From Micavibrio sp. (GTDB taxonomy: Bacteria > Pseudomonadota > Alphaproteobacteria > UBA2400): 64,000 nt of DNA. Within the stretch, counting starts at the first letter, position 1. Each line of letters starts with the position of its first letter. Shown here piece by piece: positions 56,780 through 64,000 of the stretch. The position numbers were made by a program, and so were the translations under genes. The DNA lies in assembly GCA_040376705.1 (NCBI GenBank), contig JBEIQE010000001.1:246809-310808 (forward strand), in the 5' to 3' direction. The notes under the pieces were generated by a model, which did no database searches, was not told the DNA's origin, and saw nothing but the letters and a program-made list of their open reading frames with translations.

Positions 56780-58066
56780 ATGTTGGCGAGACTGGCCTTT
56801 TTCTTTGCGCTGCTGTTGGCCTTCCCGGCCAGCGCCGACCTGACCGTGCGTGATGTACGCCTTGGCCAGCAGGAAGGCGGCGCAACCCGCTTTGTGCTTG
56901 AGCTTGAAGCAGGGGCCGATTACCGTCTGTTTGTGCTCGATAATCCGCAGCGTGCGGTAATCGACCTGCCAACGCTCAGCTGGCCGTCCAGCCTCGCACC
57001 TTCGGGCCGAGGGGTGGTGAAGGGTTGGCGCTATGGCCAGTTCGGCTCCGGCACCCGCGTTGTGCTCGATCTTAATACCGCAGTTAAAGTGGTTGGTACC
57101 CAGCTCATTCCGCCGCGCGATGGTAATGGCGCGCGACTGGTTGTCGATTTGGCGCAAACCAGTCAGCAGGAATTTGCAGGCCTGATCGGCCGTAACTGGG
57201 GCGGCAGAGCTGCGCAGGATTTACAAACTACTGCCGTTGCGACACCTGAACCAACGGTTACTGATATGATAGCGCGGGCAGACAGGCTCAATCTGGATTG
57301 GTGCCCCAAACCACCACCGCTGCCTGCCGCCCGCCGTAATATGGACGTGCGCCCGGTTGTGGTGATCGACCCCGGTCATGGCGGGGTAGACCCCGGTGCG
57401 ATTGCCGTAACCCGTAAACGTGAGAAAGACATTACCCTGGCGGTAGCGCGCCAGCTGGCCACAAAACTCGAGAGCTCAGGCTATCGCGTGGTGCTTACCC
57501 GTAGCCGCGATATCTTTGTGCCGCTGCAGGGCCGCGTACGTATCGCGCGCGATGCGAATGCCGACCTCTTCATCTCTCTGCATGCCGATAGTGTGCGCAA
57601 CCGCGATGTTCGTGGGGCGACTGTGTATACGCTATCTGACCGCGCGAGCGATGCCGAAGCCGCCGAACTGGCTGAAAGCGAAAACCGAGCCGATACTTTG
57701 GCAGGTCTGCCCGCTGCCGGGCGCGATAACACTTTGGCCGATATCCTGACCGCAATGAGCTATCGTGCCAGTGTGAATGGCGCACGTGACCTGGCGGGGC
57801 TGGTGGTTAGCAGCTTGCGCGAAAGCAACATACGCCTTAACGACCGCCCGCACCGCTCGGCGGGCTTTGCCGTACTCAAGGCGCCGGATATTCCCTCGGT
57901 CCTTATCGAGATGGGGTATCTCACTAGCCGGTCTGATGCCGACCTGCTAGTCACCTCTGCCCATCAGCGCAAAATAGCCGCCGCTATCGCCAGTGCCGTT
58001 GATACCTATTTTATGCGCCACAGTGCAGCGGGTGAGGCCATGGCTGTGCTCACCCGTGGCGAATAA
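56780..58066 (+). CDS. amiC: N-acetylmuramoyl-L-alanine amidase (AMIN + Amidase_3)
   Basis: Signal peptide, AMIN domain, IDPGHGGVDPGA, EK, SLHAD and SVLIEMGYL. Confidence 0.92.
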   Translation: MLARLAFFFALLLAFPASADLTVRDVRLGQQEGGATRFVLELEAGADYRLFVLDNPQRAVIDLPTLSWPSSLAPSGRGVVKGWRYGQFGSGTRVVLDLNTAVKVVGTQLIPPRDGNGARLVVDLAQTSQQEFAGLIGRNWGGRAAQDLQTTAVATPEPTVTDMIARADRLNLDWCPKPPPLPAARRNMDVRPVVVIDPGHGGVDPGAIAVTRKREKDITLAVARQLATKLESSGYRVVLTRSRDIFVPLQGRVRIARDANADLFISLHADSVRNRDVRGATVYTLSDRASDAEAAELAESENRADTLAGLPAAGRDNTLADILTAMSYRASVNGARDLAGLVVSSLRESNIRLNDRPHRSAGFAVLKAPDIPSVLIEMGYLTSRSDADLLVTSAHQRKIAAAIASAVDTYFMRHSAAGEAMAVLTRGE

Positions 58067-58146
58067 GCACTTAAAAATGCGCCTGTAGGGGCTGGTGGTT
58101 TTAATCGAAGCGCCCTAGTATCGCCTCACTTTTTCTGGGGGCGGTT

Positions 58147-60648
58147 GTGCGAATACTGGCGTGGATGTTGTCATTGGCAATGCTCGGTGGCGTAATTGGC
58201 CTCGGGCTGTTCATGATGATTTATAAAGGTCTCACGCTCGATCTGCCAGCAGTTACCCAGTTACAGAACTATAATCCACCGGTTGTAAGCCGTGTTCATG
58301 CTGGCGATGGCCGCTTGATGGCCGAGTTTGCTGCCGAGCGCCGTGTGTTTGTGCCCATCGAGCGTATGCCCCAGCGTGTTATTGATGCTTTCCTCTCGGC
58401 TGAAGACAAGAACTTCTACACTCACCCGGGTGTCGACTTTGTGGGTATTGCCCGCGCAGTTATCAATAACTTCAGAACCGGCAGCATGCAGGGGGCATCT
58501 ACCATTACCCAGCAGGTGGCAAAAAACTTCCTGATCGGTAATGAGCGCTCTTACATTCGCAAGGTACGCGAGGCTGAACTTTCATTCCGTATTGAAGCGG
58601 CTTACAGCAAGGATGAAATCCTTGAGCTGTATCTGAACGAAATTTTCCTCGGTATGCGTGCTTATGGCGTTGCCTCGGCGTCATTGGCGTATTTCAACAA
58701 AACACTGGATGAGCTGACGATTGCCGAAGCTGCTTATCTGGCGGCACTACCCAAGGCGCCAAACGACTATCACCCCGTGCGTGATAAAGAACGCGCGCTT
58801 ACACGCCGTAACTGGGTGATCGATCGTATGTTTGATAATGCAAAAATTTCTACAACCGAGCGTGAAGCTGCCAAAGCCGAGCCGATTGAGATGCGCCCAC
58901 GTTCGCAGGATGAATTCTACCGTGGTGGCGATTACTTTACCGAGGAAGTGCGCCGTGAGCTGGTTGCCCGTTATACCGAAAAGGGTGTGCTTGAGGGTGG
59001 ACTGCTGGTACGTGCCACACTCGATCCGCGCCTGCAGGATCTTGCAACCAAAGCTTTGCGCAACGGTATTACCTCGTACGATCGCCGGCATGGTTGGCGT
59101 GGGCCGATAGCACGCGTCACCCGCGGGCAGGACCTGCGCGCAACGCTGGCGGCTACGTTGGTTCCGCCCGGTGGTGAAATGTGGCAGCTCGCTGGTGTAA
59201 CGGATGTTGGCGCAACGACTGCCTCCATTATTCTGCTCGATAATACGCGCGCCAGTATTCCGCTAGAAGAACTGAAGTGGGCGAGGGCATGGAAACCCGG
59301 CCAGAGCCTCGGCCCTGCTGTAACCAAGCCATCAGATGTATTAGCGGTTGGCGATATCATTCTGGTTGAAAAGCTTGAGGCGGAGAACACCTATGGCCTG
59401 CGCCAGATACCGGCGGTGCAGGGCGGCTTGGTAGCGATGGATGCCAATACCGGCCGCGTGCTGGCTATGGTGGGCGGTTTCAGCCCACGCATGAGTGATT
59501 TTAACCGCACCACCCAGGCACAACGCCAGCCGGGGTCGAGCTTCAAGCCGTTTGTCTATATCGCTGCGCTGGAGAGCGGGTTCACTCCGTCATCCCTCGT
59601 GCTTGATGCGCCCATCAGCCTGCCGCAAGGACCGGGCATGCCCATGTGGACGCCCGGCAATTACAGCCACGACTATCTTGGTCCTACCACACTGCGTGTA
59701 GGTATGGAGAAGTCGCGCAATGTCATGACCGTGCGTCTGGCGCAGGCTGTAGGCATCGAGAAGGTGGCTAATGTCGCTGAGGCCTTTGGCGTGATGGACC
59801 GTATGCAACGCAATCTCTCGATGTCATTAGGTGCGGGCGAGACCACCGTTATGCGTATGGTCACTGCTTATGCCGAGATGGTGAATGGCGCGCGCAAAGT
59901 AACGCCCACGATGATCGACAGCATACAGGATAAAGATGGCCGTATCATCTATAAGCACGACACACGCCCCTGTACTAACTGCAATAATGTAATGTGGCGC
60001 GAAAACCTGACGGTGCCCACAGTGCCGGATACCCGCCCGCAGGTTATCGACCCGCGCTCGGCCTATCAGATGGTGCATATCCTTGAAGGCGTGATTGAGC
60101 GTGGTACCGGTACACGCGTGCGCGGCCTGCCGTGGCCGCTGGCAGGTAAAACCGGTACAACCAACGATGGCCGTGATGCGTGGTTTGTTGGCATGTCATC
60201 CGACATGGCCGTTGGCCTATACATCGGGTTTGATCAGCCTACACCACTTGGGGATCGTGAGACGGGTGGTGCTGTTTCAGCCCCTGTGTTCCGCGAGTTC
60301 ATGAGTGGCGCGCTTGAGGGCACACCGCCAGTCCCCTTCCGTGTACCGCCGGGGCTGCGCCTTGTGCGGGTAGATGCTGCAACCGGCCGTCTCGCCCAGC
60401 CGGGTGATACAAAAGCCATTTGGGAGGCCTTCAAGCCGGGTACCGAGCCACGCCCCGGCCAGTCGCTGCAGGCGGTTGACCCTGACCTGCAGTGGGGGGC
60501 TGATGCCTTGCCCAGTGTTATCCGTATGCCGAATGATAATATTGGCGGCACAGAGCAACCACCACCAGCGGCTGTTGGCGGCGATCACAGCGTGCCTAGC
60601 TACCTGCCGCCGCCTAGCACCAGCGATGGTCTGGATGGCGTGTATTAA
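58147..60648 (+). CDS. mrcA: Penicillin-binding protein 1A
   Basis: Transglycosylase EDKNFYTHPG, GASTITQQVAKN, RKVRE; transpeptidase SSFK, SRN and KTG. Confidence 0.94.
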   Translation: MRILAWMLSLAMLGGVIGLGLFMMIYKGLTLDLPAVTQLQNYNPPVVSRVHAGDGRLMAEFAAERRVFVPIERMPQRVIDAFLSAEDKNFYTHPGVDFVGIARAVINNFRTGSMQGASTITQQVAKNFLIGNERSYIRKVREAELSFRIEAAYSKDEILELYLNEIFLGMRAYGVASASLAYFNKTLDELTIAEAAYLAALPKAPNDYHPVRDKERALTRRNWVIDRMFDNAKISTTEREAAKAEPIEMRPRSQDEFYRGGDYFTEEVRRELVARYTEKGVLEGGLLVRATLDPRLQDLATKALRNGITSYDRRHGWRGPIARVTRGQDLRATLAATLVPPGGEMWQLAGVTDVGATTASIILLDNTRASIPLEELKWARAWKPGQSLGPAVTKPSDVLAVGDIILVEKLEAENTYGLRQIPAVQGGLVAMDANTGRVLAMVGGFSPRMSDFNRTTQAQRQPGSSFKPFVYIAALESGFTPSSLVLDAPISLPQGPGMPMWTPGNYSHDYLGPTTLRVGMEKSRNVMTVRLAQAVGIEKVANVAEAFGVMDRMQRNLSMSLGAGETTVMRMVTAYAEMVNGARKVTPTMIDSIQDKDGRIIYKHDTRPCTNCNNVMWRENLTVPTVPDTRPQVIDPRSAYQMVHILEGVIERGTGTRVRGLPWPLAGKTGTTNDGRDAWFVGMSSDMAVGLYIGFDQPTPLGDRETGGAVSAPVFREFMSGALEGTPPVPFRVPPGLRLVRVDAATGRLAQPGDTKAIWEAFKPGTEPRPGQSLQAVDPDLQWGADALPSVIRMPNDNIGGTEQPPPAAVGGDHSVPSYLPPPSTSDGLDGVY

Positions 60649-60771
60649 TTTTCTGGAATATTGATGGGATTTTTTCTTTCCCCAAGTGTTCACATCATAA
60701 CTGCTTTATTCGCTAGCTTGATCTTGCAGTGATAAACAGCTGCAGAGTGCTAACAACTAAGGAGAGTTATT

Positions 60772-61023
60772 ATGAGTATTGAATCATTAGGCTTTATTTT
60801 GCTCATCGGTTTGGTCGCCGGTTTTCTGGCTGGTAAACTGGTCAAGGGCGGTGGATTTGGGCTGATCGGCGATATTGTCGTCGGTATTATCGGCGCGTTC
60901 GTGGGCAGCTTTGTGTTCGGTGTGCTCGGCTTAAGCGCTTATGGTATTCTCGGTCAGATCATCGTTGCCACAATCGGCGCGATCATCTTCCTGGTTATCC
61001 TGCGCGTCCTTAAGAGAGCTTGA
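60772..61023 (+). CDS. GlsB/YeaQ/YmgE (transglycosylase-associated) membrane protein
   Basis: IGLVAGFLAG...GLIGDIVVGIIGAFVG...ATIGAII; AAGGAG RBS. Confidence 0.92.
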   Translation: MSIESLGFILLIGLVAGFLAGKLVKGGGFGLIGDIVVGIIGAFVGSFVFGVLGLSAYGILGQIIVATIGAIIFLVILRVLKRA

Positions 61024-61177
61024 ACGGAATATCGCGGCGGGGGAGGCGAACGATCTTCGCTTCTTCCGGTGCGATGCTCATGTCGCGGCTGACACTGAAG
61101 GTGACTGGGGCGATATCGCGGTTGGTGAGAACCAACATTGCATCACTTGGTGTAGTGGCTGTGCGGTATGTCGTCAT
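61010..61177 (-). CDS. Small hypothetical protein (55 aa)
   Basis: GGGGGAG RBS 8 nt before ATG; MTTYRTATTPSDAMLVLTNRDIAPVTFSVSRDMSIAPEEAKIVRLPRRDIPFKLS. Confidence 0.5.
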   Translation of the reverse strand: MTTYRTATTPSDAMLVLTNRDIAPVTFSVSRDMSIAPEEAKIVRLPRRDIPFKLS

Positions 61178-61306
61178 GATTACAACTCCCCCTGTTTGAT
61201 AGGTTTATCACCTATACCGATTGGGTAGCACACCGTTGGTTAAGCGTGTGTGAAGCTTTCATGACAAAGCCTGCGGAATTATCTAAAATTGCTGTGTTAA
61301 TGCGGG

Positions 61307-61579
61307 TTAATGCCCGCTGTCCTGCTTCTGGACCATACCAATATTCTTGGCGCCACCGAGGTCAAGGAACTCAAACCCGTTTTCCTCAAGCTTTTTCAGC
61401 AGGGTTGCCATATCCATGTAAACGCCGAGGGCATTGACGGTTTGATCTCCGTCAATATAGACGTTGCAGGTACCGGGCATAACCGCAGGGCGAATCATGT
61501 GGATAGACCCGGGGGCTACCGCAGCGGCACCCATTGTCTGGCCGTCGAAAACAGGGAGCAGGAGCATTTTGTGAGACAT
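61307..61579 (-). CDS. Hypothetical protein (90 aa)
   Basis: ATG at 61579 (MSHKMLLLPVFDG...), divergent from prfB. Confidence 0.55.
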   Translation of the reverse strand: MSHKMLLLPVFDGQTMGAAAVAPGSIHMIRPAVMPGTCNVYIDGDQTVNALGVYMDMATLLKKLEENGFEFLDLGGAKNIGMVQKQDSGH

Positions 61580-61653
61580 GCCCTGTCTTACCAGCCTCTT
61601 GCCCTTCGCGCAAGAAAGCCTTACTGAAATCAGCGATATCAAGGGGAAGTACC

Positions 61654-62779
61654 ATGAAAGCCGAAGTCGAAGCCGTAATCGCCGAAATCCGCAAGTCGCT
61701 CACGCTGCTGCGGAGGCATCTTTGACTGGGATAATGCCCTTCGCCGTTTTGATGAGCTGAACGCGCTCTCGGAAGACCCCAACTTGTGGAATGACAGCCG
61801 CAAGGCGCAAAAGCTCATGCGCGAACGCAATCAGCTCGAGCGCTCGATTGGCGGCTACCGCTCGCTCGAAGCGCAGCTTAATGATGGAATTGGCCTGATC
61901 GAAATGGCTGAAGCCGAAAAAGACGAGGCGATGCTTAAGGAAGCAGAAGACTCGCTCTTCCTTTTGAAGGCTGAAGCAGGCCAGAGAGAATTGGAGAGCC
62001 TGCTGAGCGGCGAGGTGGATGGTAACGACTGTTTCCTCGAAGTGAACGCTGGTGCCGGTGGCACCGAGGCGCAGGACTGGGCGCAAATTCTGTTGCGCAT
62101 GTACTTGCGCTGGGCGGAAAAACATAAATTCAAGGTTGAGTGGCTGGATGAAACCGAGGGTGAGGGGGCGGGCATCAAGTCAGCGACGATCCAGATCTCA
62201 GGCCCTAATGCCTATGGCTGGCTCAAGACCGAAGCTGGCGTGCACCGCCTTGTGCGTATCAGCCCGTTTGATTCAAACGCGCGTCGCCATACCAGCTTCT
62301 CGGCGATTAGCGTCTCGCCGGTGATTGATGACGAGATTGAAATCGAGGTATTGGATAAAGACCTCAAGATCGATACCTACCGTGCCTCGGGCGCGGGCGG
62401 TCAGCACGTGAACAAAACCGACTCTGCGGTACGTATCACGCATATTCCAACTGGTGTGATTGTGGCCTGCCAGCAGGAGCGATCACAGCACGCCAACCGC
62501 GACCGTGCGCACAAGATGCTGCGCGCCAAGCTGTATGAGCTTGAGGTGCGCAAACGCGAAGCCAAGGTAAGCGCGGTTGAAGCCGCCAAGACCGATATTG
62601 GCTGGGGTCACCAGATCCGCTCCTACGTCTTGCAGCCCTACCAGCTGGTGAAAGACCTTCGCACCGAGGTTGAAACCAGCAACACCAGTGGCGTGCTTGA
62701 TGGCGAGATAGACATGTTCCTCTCTGCTGCTCTGGCGCACCGGATCAAGGGCGAAGATGCCACGAGTGGCGCGGCTTAA
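61654..62779 (+). CDS. prfB: Peptide chain release factor 2 with programmed +1 frameshift
   Basis: Short first frame [23 protein letters not shown], then CTT TGA C at 61720-61726 with an internal SD GGAGG at 61712-61716; the second frame contains the SPF and GGQ motifs. Confidence 0.97.
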
Positions 62780-62907
62780 GTTCCTGTAACCAAAACCTTT
62801 TGGCCGTCATTTAGCGGTTTTTAAGGTGACATTTGGTAAAAAAGAACATTGATTCAAGTGCCTTGGCTTTGGTAGGTTCAGGGCCTGACAAATTTTGGAG
62901 ATTTTTA

Positions 62908-63711
62908 ATGGCTGGCAAGATCCGCACCGCGCTCACGACTACTTTTGCTGCGCTCTCTACATTTATGGCTGCCTGTGGCGATAAGGCTGCTGTAGCTGCT
63001 CCCCACGGTGTCGCTGCCAGCACTGAAGTAAAGTTGCCAGCCGCCGCCGTGCGTACGCCAGTTGATGCCAAGGCACTTGCAACCGCCACCGATGCAATGA
63101 GCCGTGGCTTTATCTCAAGCACCCGCCCGCTGGTGAATGGCGTTGACGATGGTAATACCGGTGTAGGCCGTTATGTTGCCCGTACCCTGGGGATTACGCA
63201 GGAAGAAGAGTTTATGGACCTGAGCCGCCGCATGTTCGATGAACAGCCCGGCAGCCGCCTTTCAAACGCTGTGCGCAATGCCATGGAAACCAACCGTGTG
63301 CAGGTTTATGGCGCTGGTATGCAATTCCCCGGCGATAAACTGAGCCGTGTTGAATACGCTGCATTGGTTTATCCGCAGGGTGGTGGTCAGGTGATCGTGC
63401 GCCAGTATATGGGTGATATGAACAACCCGCAGCCGCTGAGCGATAACGCAGTGCTCAATAACAATGGTGTTCTGGCCAAGCATGGTGTTGCACCACTTAC
63501 CAGCAAGCTGCCAGGCTTCCGCACTATCTTCGCGGCCGATATCGATGCCAAGGGCGACTTCAAGATTATTCCAAATCCCGAAAAGCTTGATGTGAAGGCG
63601 TATGGCATTGATGATGCCTTCTCACCCGCGCCGCGTGAGCCTGTGGATTCACCAGCTCAGCGTACCAGTGCTGTGCTCAAGGCCAAGCCAGCTACTCTCG
63701 CTGCGGGTTAA
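62908..63711 (+). CDS. Hypothetical putative lipoprotein
   Basis: GGAG RBS; MAGKIRTALTTTFAALSTFMAAC lipobox-like N-terminus. Confidence 0.65.
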   Translation: MAGKIRTALTTTFAALSTFMAACGDKAAVAAPHGVAASTEVKLPAAAVRTPVDAKALATATDAMSRGFISSTRPLVNGVDDGNTGVGRYVARTLGITQEEEFMDLSRRMFDEQPGSRLSNAVRNAMETNRVQVYGAGMQFPGDKLSRVEYAALVYPQGGGQVIVRQYMGDMNNPQPLSDNAVLNNNGVLAKHGVAPLTSKLPGFRTIFAADIDAKGDFKIIPNPEKLDVKAYGIDDAFSPAPREPVDSPAQRTSAVLKAKPATLAAG

Positions 63712-63713
63712 TG

Positions 63714-64000
63714 TTAGGCGGGTTGCTTAACCCTAATAACGTAGCCTTCTTTAAGCGTGAAAAAGAAGTCGACACCGCCCCAAGGCGGTGAGCGTAATGC
63801 TGTGCAGGTATAGCCAAGTGCGCTGATTTTCTCGTGCTTACCAGCCACATTATCGGTCACCAGAATAATCTCGATGCCTGAGCCTTTGGGCCCGTCAGGG
63901 AATTTCCAGTGGCCTTCTTCATGCGCGTGCTTAGCCTCATCAAACAGCATGATCTGATAGTTACTAGTATGAGATAGGGTGCGCCAGCCATCGTGGCTTT
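63714..64000 (-). CDS. VOC/glyoxalase family protein (5' part outside the window)
   Basis: GSGIEIILVTDNV...PPWGGVDFFFTLKEGYVIRV matches the VOC C-terminal pattern. Confidence 0.7.
   Translation of the reverse strand, partial: SHDGWRTLSHTSNYQIMLFDEAKHAHEEGHWKFPDGPKGSGIEIILVTDNVAGKHEKISALGYTCTALRSPPWGGVDFFFTLKEGYVIRVKQPA

Noticed and set aside
61297-61310. TTAA-N6-TTAA (also at about 40506-40519)
   Set aside because: Spacing is 6 rather than 7 and both sites overlap stop codons; not called as CtrA boxes.

Overview
Chromosomal segment of an alphaproteobacterium, probably Rhodospirillales/Micavibrionales-like (judged from DivK with a CtrA box, EipB paralogs, NDUFA12-mlaD-DUF2155 and rne-amiC-pbp1A-prfB synteny). 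It is mostly housekeeping genes (map, holC, pepA, lptFG, surA, rsmA, yicC, ndk, hda, rnd, aspS, rpmG, rnr, topA, dprA, plsY, aat, accBC, aroQ, rne, amiC, PBP1A, frameshifted prfB) with orphan ORFs in between. The most striking feature is a minus-strand island at about 1.9-4.9 kb that the ORF track misses. It has two tandem units, each opening with a sigma70-like promoter and a short His-rich leader peptide (MILSGIFFHFTSRVGHHAHAHRKHAQF; MKLFTRHHHHA) with attenuator-like hairpins and a C-rich tract. These leaders sit in front of two proline-iminopeptidase-like hydrolases, a 123-aa orphan and a non-canonical tRNA-His(GUG) (7-bp acceptor stem, 4-bp T-stem, C1:G72, C73, no encoded G-1), not his biosynthesis genes. 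A third leader of the same design with an Ile run (MMAIIIIAARISR) precedes an Ile-poor orphan at 24.8 kb. Several genes expected at conserved syntenic positions (pdxA, purMN, pyrBC, gmk, lptD, pleD, ppk/ppx) are absent here, which would fit an auxotrophic lifestyle but needs the full genome to confirm. All family assignments are from motif recognition by eye; no database searches were run.
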